A stretch of 64,000 nt of DNA from Candidatus Heimdallarchaeota archaeon (GTDB taxonomy: Archaea > Asgardarchaeota > Heimdallarchaeia > JABLTI01), in assembly GCA_019058275.1 (NCBI GenBank), contig JAHLVW010000108.1:20919-84918 (forward strand), read 5' to 3'. The notes under the pieces were generated by a model. That model saw only the letters and a program-made list of their open reading frames with translations, was not told the DNA's origin and ran no database searches. Made by a program: the position numbers and the translations under genes. Positions 19,978-30,729 of the stretch are shown piece after piece (the stretch's first letter is position 1; the number at the start of each line of letters is the position of its first letter).

Positions 19978-22900
19978 GTGCACATTAAGCGTTTAGTTCT
20001 TGAAAATTTCAAGAGCTATGGAAGACGCAAAATAACACTTAATTTTAATATAGGATTAACAGTTATTAGTGGTCCAAATGGTTGTGGGAAATCTAACATT
20101 TCTGATGCTATTCAGTTTGTTATAGGGCAGCTAAGCTCTAAAACTATTAGAAGCGAAAAATTAGCTGGGGTTATTTTTTCAGGAACAAAGGAGGGGCACA
20201 AAACTGCTCCTAATTCCAGAGTTACATTAGTTTTAGATAATTCAGCAGAACCAAAGGTAATACCAATATCGACAGATGAAGTCCATATAAGCAGAAAAGT
20301 CTTCTTGGATGGAAGGAGTGAGTATTACTTAAATGGTTCAAGAATAACAAGAAATGAAATCATTGATACTATTGCTATGTGTGGAATTGCAATTGATGGA
20401 TACAACGTCATTCGTCAAGGTGAAATAGCAAATTTCGCAAATATGTCTCCATTACAAGTTCGAGGACTTTTTGAGGAAATTGCTGGAATAGCTTCCTATG
20501 ATGAGAAGAAAGAAAAAGCTCAGAAAAATCTTGATGTTGCTAGAACAAAACTAAGAATCGCAACAGTTCGACTTGAAGAATCAATGAAAAATCTCGCTCG
20601 GTTAGAGAAGGAAAAGGAAGATGCTCTTAGGTATCAAGAGTTAAAAGTTCAAATAAAAAATACTGAAGCAAAACTTATTCACGTTAGAATAAAACAACTT
20701 AATGATAGAGTGAAAGAAGTAGAAAGTAGCATTAGCAATTTGAAGGAGCAACAAAAAAATTCTCAAACAACTATAGAGCAAATTGAAGCTGGTATAAAAT
20801 CATATGATGATATGATACAAGAAGCAAAAGAGAAAGTAAAAGATGCTACTACTGAAACTTTCAACACGTTAAGTAAAAAGATTGAAGGATTGACAAAGAA
20901 CCTTTCTGAGGAATCTTCTAAGAAAACTCAAATCGTTACTGGATTGGAAACTTTAATTGGTCAGAAAGAGACTGTTGAGAATCAGCTAGAAAGCATTTTC
21001 GAGGAGAATTCGGACTTAGAAACGTATTCTTCATCTACGAAGCAACAATTAGATGGTGCTGATGTTACATTACAGAAAATACAGGAAGAGTTAGATCTCA
21101 AACGAAATATGCTTGATACTTCAAAAAGCAGTGAAATTATGGATCAGCTTGAAGAAATTCGATCGAATAGTACTGAAATGAATAAGAGAAAAGCTGAGTA
21201 TGAATCACAGTTAGCTATATACAATAATAATTTGAATATTAATAACTCACGAATAGATGAAAAAGAGAAAAGAGTTGTAGAAGTAGCTGGTATTTTGGCT
21301 ACATTCCTTAGCAGGAAAGCAAAATATTTGGAAGAGATTTCAAAATACGATACATTGGTGAGAGATCTCAATCTTAAGGTTGGGGAACTTAAAGAGGAAC
21401 TTGAAACTGTTGAACAAGAAATAGATGATAATGAGCATAATTTAAGAGAAAAAGCTCTTGATGTGAGGAGAATTCAAACAGAAGTTACTACAACTAAGAA
21501 AATAATGGAAAAAGTAGCAAGCAGAGATAAAGGAATTAAATTACTGTTAAAAGCAAGGGATGAAAAGAAAATAAAGGGAGTTTTTGGAACGGTTGGTGGA
21601 CTTTGTAAAACACATCCAAAATACTCCATAGCTCTTAATGTTACAGCAGGTAACAGAACAGATTTCATTGTTGTTGAATCAGATGAAGTTGCTGCTCAGT
21701 GTATGATGATGGTTAAGAAAGCTAAAGCAGGTAGAGTTAATTTATTACCATTAAATAAAATCAGACCAATGGTTATTGATCCTGATACTAAGGATAAAGG
21801 AGTTATAGGTAGAGCAATTGATCTTGTAGAATTTGATGAAAAATATCGAAAAGCAATCGAATTTGTTTTTGGTCAGACATTGATTGTTAAGAATCTTGAT
21901 GCTGCGAGAAGAATTGGGTTTAATTATCGTTCAGTTACTTTAGATGGCGATGTTGTTAATCCTTCAGGATTAATGACTGGTGGATTCTATAAGGGGAGAG
22001 ATAGAACAAGAATTTCTTTGATAATTGAGGATGAAGAAAAATTACCTAAGCTTCAAAAAGAATTTAATGAACTTCAAGAAGAAAGAAAACGATTGTTGGA
22101 ATACCGATCTGAAGTTGCTAGTGAATTAAATGATGACTTACTCCCTCAATTGAATGATGTAATCAAGAATCGAGATTTACGTCAACGAGATATTAAGATA
22201 ATCGAAGAAGAGATAGAGATTCGAAGTGAAGAAAATCTAACAATTCAAAAAGAGCTTGAAGAACTTACCAAGGAATATGAAGAAATAGAAGTAAAGATCG
22301 AAGAATTACTTTCTGCTCGCAAAGATGTTAGCATTACTTTGGAATCCCTACTTGAAGCTGAGATTAAACTCAAAAATGAGCTCAAAACTAGTGGTGTTCA
22401 AATAACAATAGAAGAAATAAAGACAAAGGAAATGCAACAGAAGGAAATCGCTGAAATAATTAATAACCTAAAAATGGAGCAATTCAAAACATCTTCTGAT
22501 TTGAAAAAGAATCTAAAATTAGTTAATGATATGAAAAAGCAAATTGAGGGAATAGAAAAGAAAGAACCTGATATAAAAGAGGAAATAGCTAAAATTCAAA
22601 CAATTATTGATGGTTTACAAAAAGAATTAGATGACAATAAAGTTCGAAGAGATGAGCTGTTTTCATTAATCGAAAAGAGTCAAAATGAGCAAGAAAAACT
22701 TGAGCAGGAACAAAGAAGATTAAGAGAACAGCTTGAAGACGAACGACAAAATCAAAGTCAGAATATCTTGCAAATTGACAGACTAATTAATGAAAAAGCA
22801 AATGCTGGAAAGCAGATTCAGGAATTTGAAGAGCTTGCTACTGAGAGGGACTTGCCATATATTTTTGCTGAAGATGAAGTTATCGATGTGGAAGTTTTAA

Positions 22901-23592
22901 AGGAAGTAATGAATGGGCTAAAGATCGAATTAGAAAGCCTCCCTGAAATAAACATGAAAGCAGTTTCCCAATATGATGAAGAACAGGAACTAAATAATGA
23001 GCTCTTTGGAAAGAGAAAGCTAGTTGAAAAAGACTTTGAAGCAATCAGTCAAGCAATAAATGATATTGAAAGTGAAAAGCGTGATAAGTTCATGGGTGTT
23101 TTCAATAGTATCTCCAAAGACTTTAACCGAATCTTCGGAATTTTATCTCCAGATGGTAGAGCTAAGGTTGAGCTTGAAGATCCGGATGATCCTTTCGGTG
23201 GAGGTGTTAATATCATGGCTAATCCTGGTGGTAAGAAGATTACAAGCATGCTTTCGTTATCTGGTGGTGAGAAATCTTTGACTGCATTAGCAATGATTTT
23301 TGCAGTGCAAAGATATAAACCAGCACCCTTCTATGTTTTAGATGAAATTGACGCTTTCTTGGACTTAAATAATGTATACAAAGTAGCTACCCTTGTTAGA
23401 GAAATGAGCCGTAATACTCAAATTATTATTATCAGCTTAAGAGCACCAATGATTGCTGCAGCAGAGAAAATCTTTGGGGTTACTGCAGGAGAAGATCGTA
23501 TATCGCAAATAGTTTCTGTATCCCTTGATGAAATCATGAAAATTGTTGAGAAAACAGACCTACCATCAGAAGCAGAAGTTTATGATTATTAG
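19978..23592 (+). CDS. smc: Chromosome segregation protein SMC
   Basis: NFKSY, Walker A GPNGCGKSN, hinge VTLDGDVV..SGLMTGG, LSGGEKS, LDEIDAFLD. Confidence 0.98.
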   Translation: MHIKRLVLENFKSYGRRKITLNFNIGLTVISGPNGCGKSNISDAIQFVIGQLSSKTIRSEKLAGVIFSGTKEGHKTAPNSRVTLVLDNSAEPKVIPISTDEVHISRKVFLDGRSEYYLNGSRITRNEIIDTIAMCGIAIDGYNVIRQGEIANFANMSPLQVRGLFEEIAGIASYDEKKEKAQKNLDVARTKLRIATVRLEESMKNLARLEKEKEDALRYQELKVQIKNTEAKLIHVRIKQLNDRVKEVESSISNLKEQQKNSQTTIEQIEAGIKSYDDMIQEAKEKVKDATTETFNTLSKKIEGLTKNLSEESSKKTQIVTGLETLIGQKETVENQLESIFEENSDLETYSSSTKQQLDGADVTLQKIQEELDLKRNMLDTSKSSEIMDQLEEIRSNSTEMNKRKAEYESQLAIYNNNLNINNSRIDEKEKRVVEVAGILATFLSRKAKYLEEISKYDTLVRDLNLKVGELKEELETVEQEIDDNEHNLREKALDVRRIQTEVTTTKKIMEKVASRDKGIKLLLKARDEKKIKGVFGTVGGLCKTHPKYSIALNVTAGNRTDFIVVESDEVAAQCMMMVKKAKAGRVNLLPLNKIRPMVIDPDTKDKGVIGRAIDLVEFDEKYRKAIEFVFGQTLIVKNLDAARRIGFNYRSVTLDGDVVNPSGLMTGGFYKGRDRTRISLIIEDEEKLPKLQKEFNELQEERKRLLEYRSEVASELNDDLLPQLNDVIKNRDLRQRDIKIIEEEIEIRSEENLTIQKELEELTKEYEEIEVKIEELLSARKDVSITLESLLEAEIKLKNELKTSGVQITIEEIKTKEMQQKEIAEIINNLKMEQFKTSSDLKKNLKLVNDMKKQIEGIEKKEPDIKEEIAKIQTIIDGLQKELDDNKVRRDELFSLIEKSQNEQEKLEQEQRRLREQLEDERQNQSQNILQIDRLINEKANAGKQIQEFEELATERDLPYIFAEDEVIDVEVLKEVMNGLKIELESLPEINMKAVSQYDEEQELNNELFGKRKLVEKDFEAISQAINDIESEKRDKFMGVFNSISKDFNRIFGILSPDGRAKVELEDPDDPFGGGVNIMANPGGKKITSMLSLSGGEKSLTALAMIFAVQRYKPAPFYVLDEIDAFLDLNNVYKVATLVREMSRNTQIIIISLRAPMIAAAEKIFGVTAGEDRISQIVSVSLDEIMKIVEKTDLPSEAEVYDY

Positions 23593-23657
23593 GATAACAA
23601 ATAATTGATAAGTAAATAAAGGAATCATAGAGAAAGACAAGTAACGGAGCAAAGAAA

Positions 23658-24593
23658 ATGGTACAAAAGGATTTAGACCTATCCATTACACAAACAATAG
23701 TGGATGAAGAATATCCTTTTTGGCTTCGTGCACCATTTCGACTTCTTACTGATGTGACACAATTTAGAAAAGTTGATCCTTGGGATCTGGAAATTGCTGA
23801 GCTGATTACTAATTTTGTTAGTAACATGAAACTCTTGGATGACATTAATTTTCCAGTACTTGGCAGAGCAATTCTGTCAGCAGCAATTCTCTATCGTTCA
23901 AAAGTCACCGATCTAATTAAGATAATCGAAGAAACTGATGAAAAATCTGAAGGTTTAGATACTTTAGGATTTGACATCCCTGAGATAGCTCCATCATATC
24001 ACTTGTCACAAAGACCAGTCACATTTAATGAATTGGTTTTTGCTTTTCAAGGTTTACTAAAACAAGAAAGTCGTTATAAACATAGATTAGCTATAAACAA
24101 ACAAAAAGCTCTTATTCAACCTTTACACATCCCTGCTGAACCTATTCAAATTATAGATGAAGAATCAACAAAAATAGCCAAACTGAAAAAAGATGTTTAT
24201 GAAAAGATTGTCAGATTATTCAATCAATACAAAAGACCAATTCGTTTTGAAGAACTTCTTTTACCAAATATTAATCGAATATCAGTAATACGAACTTTTA
24301 TGTGTATTCTCTTTTTAGGGTTCGAATTAAAAGCACAAATATTTCAAGATGAGGATTTTGGACAAATAACATTGGTTCCAATAAGAGATAATGAAGAAGA
24401 GTTCCTTGGTGGATTGGAGAAAGTTATAAAGAAGAAGCTAATGGAAGGAATTCCTTCTGAGGGAAGCGTTTCCGTTTCTGAAATTGATATTAATGATGAT
24501 TTAATGGAGGAAACTGATCTTCTATTTCATGAGAATTTCGATGAAACTGAAGACATTAATCTAAGTGAATCATCTGATAAGAATGAAGAATAA
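23658..24593 (+). CDS. scpA: Kleisin ScpA
   Basis: VDPWDLEI, GRAILSAAILYRSK, C-terminal F..ILFL...Q.E.FG.I; directly follows smc. Confidence 0.9.
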   Translation: MVQKDLDLSITQTIVDEEYPFWLRAPFRLLTDVTQFRKVDPWDLEIAELITNFVSNMKLLDDINFPVLGRAILSAAILYRSKVTDLIKIIEETDEKSEGLDTLGFDIPEIAPSYHLSQRPVTFNELVFAFQGLLKQESRYKHRLAINKQKALIQPLHIPAEPIQIIDEESTKIAKLKKDVYEKIVRLFNQYKRPIRFEELLLPNINRISVIRTFMCILFLGFELKAQIFQDEDFGQITLVPIRDNEEEFLGGLEKVIKKKLMEGIPSEGSVSVSEIDINDDLMEETDLLFHENFDETEDINLSESSDKNEE

Positions 24594-24635
24594 AACATAA
24601 TGCTATCTTATTTCTAAAGAAGAATAAAGAGAGAA

Positions 24636-24830
24636 CTATGCGGTAGTGAATAGTTTCAATATATATGGTCCAGCTAATACTAGAATAATCAATACAGCAG
24701 CAAAGATCATTACTGCATAAGGACCTATTTTTACGCCTGGAGTATCTTCTTCAAAGAACCTAATTAAACCTGCACCAGTAGCAGGCATTGCTCCTCCGCT
24801 TTCACCTGATCTTTTTGTTCTACGACTCAT
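24636..24830 (-). CDS. secG: Preprotein translocase subunit Sec61beta
   Basis: GAGLIRFFEEDTPGVKIGP plus one TM helix. Confidence 0.92.
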   Translation of the reverse strand: MSRRTKRSGESGGAMPATGAGLIRFFEEDTPGVKIGPYAVMIFAAVLIILVLAGPYILKLFTTA

Positions 24831-25039
24831 TGTTAAAATCACTTCAAGCTGATTATTATTGTTGATTCATTTTCTTATCCCCCTTTAAAATTTTCTGATA
24901 TTCTTGTGAATAAATCATAATTAATCTATTTTAGTATGGTGGTTCTTGTAGAAGCTAATAACAAATGGAAAAACACCCTTAAAAGTCTAAATAACTATGT
25001 ATTAACAATTTAGAATGTGCGAATAATTGAGGTAGTATT

Positions 25040-25990
25040 ATGAAACTGGAAAAAGCTTCTTCAGTTACAAAATCGATTTTAAATGAAGTTAGCAAGATTA
25101 TTGTTGGCAAGGACTTAGTCCTTGAAAGAGTTTTAATAGGAGTTTTAGCAAAAGGGAACCTTTTATTGGAAGATGTACCTGGTCTTGCTAAAACAATGAT
25201 GATCAAAGCATTTGCACAGGCAATGAAGTGTAAATTTACAAGAGTACAATGTACTCCTGATTTGTTACCTGCTGATGTAACTGGATCCACAATTTACAAT
25301 CAAAAAGATCAAGAATTTTCTTTTAGACAAGGTCCAGTTTTTACTAATCTCCTGTTAGTTGATGAAATTAACCGGGCATCACCGAAAACGCAATCTGCAC
25401 TTTTGGAAGCGATGCAAGAACAACATGTTACTATTGATGGTATCACCTATTCACTACCCCAACCATTTCATGTTTTAGCAACACAAAACCCCATTGAATT
25501 TGAAGGAACATTCCCACTTCCAGAAGCTCAACTAGATAGATTCATAATGAGAATTGGTGTTGGTTATCCGGATGCTGTAGAAGAGATAGAAATTCTAAAT
25601 CGTAGAATTGCTCGGAAAAAAGAGGAATTTGAATTAGCAGCTATTACAAATGCAAAGCAATTACTAGTAATTCAAAATGTTGTTGAAGATATACATGTTG
25701 ACGATAGAATAAAAGAATACATAGTTGAAATTGTTAGAAGAACAAGAGATAATGAACGAATAGATATTGGATCAAGTCCTCGAGGTAGTTTAGCGTTACT
25801 ACATCTCTCAAGAGCAAGTGCAGTTATTAATGGAAGAGATTTTGTAAATCCTGATGATGTGAAAAAAGTAGTTATTCCAGCTCTTAGTCATAGAATTATC
25901 CTAAGTACGGGAAGTTGGTTGACTGGAATCAATCCAGAAGACATTGTTGCAAGGGAATTATCGAAAATTAAAGCCCCTCGTTTAGATTAA
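25040..25990 (+). CDS. moxR: MoxR family AAA+ ATPase
   Basis: EDVPGLAKT, TPDLLPAD, DEINRASPKTQSALLEAM, ATQNPIEFEGTFPLPEAQLDRF. Confidence 0.96.
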   Translation: MKLEKASSVTKSILNEVSKIIVGKDLVLERVLIGVLAKGNLLLEDVPGLAKTMMIKAFAQAMKCKFTRVQCTPDLLPADVTGSTIYNQKDQEFSFRQGPVFTNLLLVDEINRASPKTQSALLEAMQEQHVTIDGITYSLPQPFHVLATQNPIEFEGTFPLPEAQLDRFIMRIGVGYPDAVEEIEILNRRIARKKEEFELAAITNAKQLLVIQNVVEDIHVDDRIKEYIVEIVRRTRDNERIDIGSSPRGSLALLHLSRASAVINGRDFVNPDDVKKVVIPALSHRIILSTGSWLTGINPEDIVARELSKIKAPRLD

Positions 25991-26028
25991 AATAATATTA
26001 TAGCCAATACAGGAGTGAAATTGAAGTA

Positions 26029-27318
26029 ATGTTTTCACCAAAAATTCGGTGGACTTTATCAACATTTTTCATTATTTTACTTTTAGGTATTGGATTTCAA
26101 AGTTGGGTATTTCTTATTGCTTTAGTGCCAATTACAATATTAATTATCTCTTATTTCATCTCAACACCACCAGAAAAGGTTGAATTAGAAATTATTAGGG
26201 AATTAGAACAAACAAGATTTGAAGAGGGTGAACATGTTGAGGTTTCACTAAGGATTAGGAATATTGGAACTCAAGCAATTGACATGTTGGAAATTATAGA
26301 TGTTTTACCTTTGCAAGTTAGTTTGAAAAAAAGTAGCAATCATTTGATAACATCATTAGATATAGGAGAAGAAACCCAATTCAGGTATGTAGTAAGCTGT
26401 GACTATCGAGGTAGGTGGAAATTAGGACCTACACATGTTCGTGCTCGGAATTTTATAGATTCAGCTTATTCAGTGGAATCATATGAAGAAACAGTAACTG
26501 ACTTTGTAATTATACCTAATTTCGAAAAAATACGAGATATGCCTTTTAGAACAAAATATCCAAAGATTTCAGATGGACCTTTTCATTCTAAACTAAAAGG
26601 TGAAGGTTTGGATTTTTCTGGTGTACGAGAGTATTCTAGTGCAGATTCACTTGGAAGAATAAACTGGTCTGCTACTGCAAAATATGGTAAATTATTCACC
26701 AATGTGTATGAATTATTTAGAACTGCTGATTTGCTATTAGTACTAGATGCAACTGAAAGGACTGCTTCCATATTAGATGAACAAATAAAGGCAGTACTAT
26801 CATTAAGCGAACATTTTCTAAAGTACAAATGCAGAGTAGGTTTAATAGTAATTCGAGATTCTGTTGACCGTTTTAATTTAAGCTCTTCAAGACAGCAGCT
26901 AGTGAAATTCACTGAAATGCTTATTGATGTTCAAGCTACCAAAGTTGTTAGCTATAATATTTTACGAAACCGAATAAGAAATAACTTGGAACACTATTTT
27001 CCTATGAATTGTCTTACAATAATTATTTCACCTTTAATTCAATCAACTATAAACAAATTATTAATTGATGTTGCAAGAAGAAGAAAAAATAGCTTCTTCT
27101 TAGTACCATCCATCGTTTCTTCAGAATGGAGATATATAAAGAACAATGAGGATACTGCCAATCTATTAGTTCATCAAAACTTGCTAATTAGAAGGCAGAT
27201 GGAACTCACAAAGGTAATTCAAGAAGGACTAGTTATTTTTGAATGGGATGTATCAATTCCATTAAGTGTTTTTATGAACAAGCTAAAGCAAATAGCCACA
27301 AGAAGAGGGAGAAGATAA
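26029..27318 (+). CDS. DUF58 (vWA-like) membrane protein
   Basis: G.GLDFSGVREY...D..RINWSATAK; follows moxR. Confidence 0.9.
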   Translation: MFSPKIRWTLSTFFIILLLGIGFQSWVFLIALVPITILIISYFISTPPEKVELEIIRELEQTRFEEGEHVEVSLRIRNIGTQAIDMLEIIDVLPLQVSLKKSSNHLITSLDIGEETQFRYVVSCDYRGRWKLGPTHVRARNFIDSAYSVESYEETVTDFVIIPNFEKIRDMPFRTKYPKISDGPFHSKLKGEGLDFSGVREYSSADSLGRINWSATAKYGKLFTNVYELFRTADLLLVLDATERTASILDEQIKAVLSLSEHFLKYKCRVGLIVIRDSVDRFNLSSSRQQLVKFTEMLIDVQATKVVSYNILRNRIRNNLEHYFPMNCLTIIISPLIQSTINKLLIDVARRRKNSFFLVPSIVSSEWRYIKNNEDTANLLVHQNLLIRRQMELTKVIQEGLVIFEWDVSIPLSVFMNKLKQIATRRGRR

Positions 27319-28103
27319 TGAGTAAAAGGGAAGAGCAAACTGAAACCAGTAATTCACAAGAAAAATCTAATGAGTATATTGAAGGGAGTAAAGTTGAATA
27401 TATGGTTGATGGACAGCAGCTAAAAGAAGTTGTTAAAGCAAAAGCTGGATATAATGAATTATATGATAGAAAAGTAAGAAATTTACAGATAATTGCTTTA
27501 GTAATGGTTTTGATGATAACATTCATTGCACCTTTGAGATTACTTGATTCTCGAACTTATGTTGATTTTACTGCGATAGGTTTCATTATTGCAGGACTTG
27601 TGCCATCAATTATAGCTATTTTTGATATTATTGGTGGTCGAAAATTTGCTCTCTACCTATCAGTAGTAATCTATGGTGCATGGATCATGGTTCTTTCAAC
27701 TCAATTCTGGGAAATCATTCTTTTAATAACTGCGCTAATAATCTATTATGAGATTACTAGGATTTTGTTGATAATACATCCATTGCTGAAAAACATTGAA
27801 TCAATAGCTAAAGGTGGAGCATATTATCATGCAAATGTGTTTTTAGGTAGGTATTTTAGATACTTTCTGAAATTCTCTGGACTACTTATTGGTTCATCGT
27901 TTGTCTTAGGTGTTCTAGGATGGTATGTGTTTGAACCACTACAAAGTGATATTATATTTTCAGTATTCATGATTATATGCTTGATCACATTAATCATTGT
28001 TAGTAGAAAAACTCTAACCCCTGATATCGAGAAAATAATTCTTGAGGAAGAGAGAGAAAGACTAGAAGATAATTTAGCTAGATCACATTCAAAATACTCT
28101 TAG
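27318..28103 (+). CDS. Multi-pass membrane protein
   Basis: About six hydrophobic segments; ATG at 27318 overlaps the DUF58 stop. Confidence 0.75.
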   Translation: MSKREEQTETSNSQEKSNEYIEGSKVEYMVDGQQLKEVVKAKAGYNELYDRKVRNLQIIALVMVLMITFIAPLRLLDSRTYVDFTAIGFIIAGLVPSIIAIFDIIGGRKFALYLSVVIYGAWIMVLSTQFWEIILLITALIIYYEITRILLIIHPLLKNIESIAKGGAYYHANVFLGRYFRYFLKFSGLLIGSSFVLGVLGWYVFEPLQSDIIFSVFMIICLITLIIVSRKTLTPDIEKIILEEERERLEDNLARSHSKYS

Positions 28104-28113
28104 AGAAATATGC

Positions 28114-28701
28114 TTAATTTATTGTATCGATAGCACTTCTAAAATTGTGAATAACAGTAGCAAGTTCCAAATAGAATTTTTCATCCTCTGGACGATTACC
28201 ACTTCTAATAATACTTATTATTGGACCAAAAACCCTATCTAAAAAAGATGGTTCAGGAATAACCATTCGTAACCAAGTATTAATATCATAAAGAAATTCA
28301 ACTGCATTTTCATTTGGCACTTCTTGAAAAAGTAATTCTTTATCTTGAAGTAAATTTTCTAACTCACTTTCACTCAAACCTTTTCTTAACATAAGATAAT
28401 CTAGCATATCTCTATGTACAGACCTGCAAATACTGTTATTTGTAATTGATAGTAGTTCCCCTCTTCTGCTAAAATGCTGAAAAGACAAGCTCACTCGAGG
28501 GATAATTTTATAGTAGGAAATACGAGACCATTTTTTATGACTTCTTGTTTGTTTACCCAATTCACGGAAGATGATGATGAATATGAATATAATACTAATG
28601 AAGAAAATGATTAGCCAACTTTCTTGCATGAAATGTTCCAATCCACTAGCTATCCTCATCAACTCCTTTCTTTGGTTTTTTCTTTTCTGTAGCCTCATCA
28701 T
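28114..28701 (-). CDS. Hypothetical membrane protein (MoxR-locus associated)
   Basis: One TM helix; true start probably downstream of the track start. Confidence 0.65.
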   Translation of the reverse strand: MMRLQKRKNQRKELMRIASGLEHFMQESWLIIFFISIIFIFIIIFRELGKQTRSHKKWSRISYYKIIPRVSLSFQHFSRRGELLSITNNSICRSVHRDMLDYLMLRKGLSESELENLLQDKELLFQEVPNENAVEFLYDINTWLRMVIPEPSFLDRVFGPIISIIRSGNRPEDEKFYLELATVIHNFRSAIDTIN

Positions 28702-30211
28702 CGATCAATTTATCTTCAATAATGTAGTCGCTAGGTTTCTTATCCTCAGGCAAAGTAGTTTTTCTGATATTAGTTGTAATGGAATCAAGATAGATTTCAG
28801 CTTTATCAGAATTTTTAGCTGAAATTTCATGCTCGCTATATCGAGCTTCTTCATATAAATCTGTTAAATCTTCCAGTGATTCATCTGGTAAATCAAATTT
28901 CTCTTTCGTTGATTTTTCAAAGTCCCCAGGAGTCATATTTCGTTCAGATTTAGCTCCATGATCAATTAAATCGTATGATGCTTTATGATAAGCCCGTATT
29001 ACTCTTTTACGATGATCTGTTGCAGTTGCTGTTGGTAACCACCGCTTATCACTATCTAAAATTTGTTCATGAAATTCATCCCCACGTTTTCTAAAGAAAT
29101 CAATTCCAACAAAAACTACAGCTACGATGATAAATACGCCTGATATTACTAGCAAAACTGTTGAGATGACTGGTTTATTAAGTCCAGTAAACCCGCCACC
29201 AGTATCTGGACTTGATGTAGGGAGAGGTCCAGTCTGATTACCAGTTGGTGAGATTGATGTTTGATTATCAGTAGTAGGATCAGGAGATGTTGTATTTGTA
29301 GGAGTAGTTGTAGGTTCAATTTTTGGAGTTAATTCGCGCAAGAAATTAACCAGATAACCATAGCCAAAACCAATTATAACTGCTAAAACCAATGGTACGA
29401 TAAACCTAGTCCAACTTCCTTCTGAGAAAACTAATCTGAAAAGGTAGAAGAGAAGAACTAAACCTAAAGTAGCAAAAGGCATATACAAAGCAATTCGTGT
29501 GAAAATATTATTTGAGTCCGATCGAGGTAAACCAGTAAAATAATCACTCCACCCATTTGAACCAACGTAATCTGAAACATGAACCCAATCTAATTGATGT
29601 AAATTATACCAGTACAAAACCAGTGCATCAGATGTTGTAAATTCACTATCAAAAGCTCTCAGTTTAAATTCATCGTTAATAAAAACGCTAAAGGTATTAT
29701 TTGTTGCACGAACAACTTTCACTTTGTAATTTGTTATCGCCTCGGGTTTAAAGAATGTTGAATTTAGAGTTACCTCTGAACCAGCTCCATTAATCTTTAC
29801 TAATGCTAGATCCTCTCCAATTTCAAATACAAGTTTGTAACCTTTTGTTGGTATATAGTAGTAATCTTCATCTTGTTCTAATGAAACAAAAATGATTGAT
29901 GCTGAACCAGAACCATAATATCTCAAATCCCATTCCCATTCACCATATGCAACACCGCTTTCATGATAAGCCCAATTAAGATCCGGTGATCTTGCAACAT
30001 ATCTACCTTCCTCTCCTATAAAATTCCCTTGTGTAACATGCCAATCACTGGTATCAGAATCGAAAAGGTATTTGGTAGAAAAAGCAACAGTAACAACTGA
30101 GATTGTTAAGAAGAATGCAACTATTAGGAATTTCTTATCTATTTTGAATCCTGAGCTAGAAGTTTTTTCTCCTTGTTTCTTATGACCCTCTTCCATGGTT
30201 TCTTCAGACAT
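28646..30211 (-). CDS. DUF4129 domain membrane protein
   Basis: C-terminal VIRAY...MTPGDF...LTDLYEEARYS; beta-rich extracellular domain and Thr/Pro linker. Confidence 0.85.
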   Translation of the reverse strand: MSEETMEEGHKKQGEKTSSSGFKIDKKFLIVAFFLTISVVTVAFSTKYLFDSDTSDWHVTQGNFIGEEGRYVARSPDLNWAYHESGVAYGEWEWDLRYYGSGSASIIFVSLEQDEDYYYIPTKGYKLVFEIGEDLALVKINGAGSEVTLNSTFFKPEAITNYKVKVVRATNNTFSVFINDEFKLRAFDSEFTTSDALVLYWYNLHQLDWVHVSDYVGSNGWSDYFTGLPRSDSNNIFTRIALYMPFATLGLVLLFYLFRLVFSEGSWTRFIVPLVLAVIIGFGYGYLVNFLRELTPKIEPTTTPTNTTSPDPTTDNQTSISPTGNQTGPLPTSSPDTGGGFTGLNKPVISTVLLVISGVFIIVAVVFVGIDFFRKRGDEFHEQILDSDKRWLPTATATDHRKRVIRAYHKASYDLIDHGAKSERNMTPGDFEKSTKEKFDLPDESLEDLTDLYEEARYSEHEISAKNSDKAEIYLDSITTNIRKTTLPEDKKPSDYIIEDKLIDDEATEKKKPKKGVDEDS

Positions 30212-30285
30212 TACTTAAGCACCAATAAATTCTCATGATACTATGTGTGAACATAGTATATTTATTCTTTTGAATAGTTTGAAAA

Positions 30286-30729
30286 TTAAAAAAGTGGATA
30301 AAGTGATGCTAAGAGAACTATTGGATTGTAACTTGTGGAAGAGGTCATTTCAAAAATGAATGTGTTATCTGAAATTCTTTTCATTTTAGCGATTTTATTC
30401 TTTTTATACAAGATATAGTGATGGGAGGATTTTGAGAAGCACTTTAATTCATCAATAGTATCTTCAACTGATTTCCAAGTTAGCATATTTGTAGATTTTA
30501 TTTGTGAAAGTGTTGATTTAAGGGCTATATTGTCAGCTGATAATTTGTAATTTACGACATTCTCTAACTCTCTTACTGTTATTTGAGCTTGAGTGTTTTC
30601 AAAAAGAAAAATGGCAGAATTATTTAGCATAGGTTTAATTTTACCTGCCTTTTTGTAGCTGCCATTATCTTCTTTGGATAGTAACCATTGGTCACCAATT
30701 GAAGTTATTTTTATTTTCACAGGTATCAC
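30286..30729 (-). CDS. Hypothetical protein
   Basis: 147 aa ORF. Confidence 0.6.
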   Translation of the reverse strand: MIPVKIKITSIGDQWLLSKEDNGSYKKAGKIKPMLNNSAIFLFENTQAQITVRELENVVNYKLSADNIALKSTLSQIKSTNMLTWKSVEDTIDELKCFSKSSHHYILYKKNKIAKMKRISDNTFIFEMTSSTSYNPIVLLASLYPLF

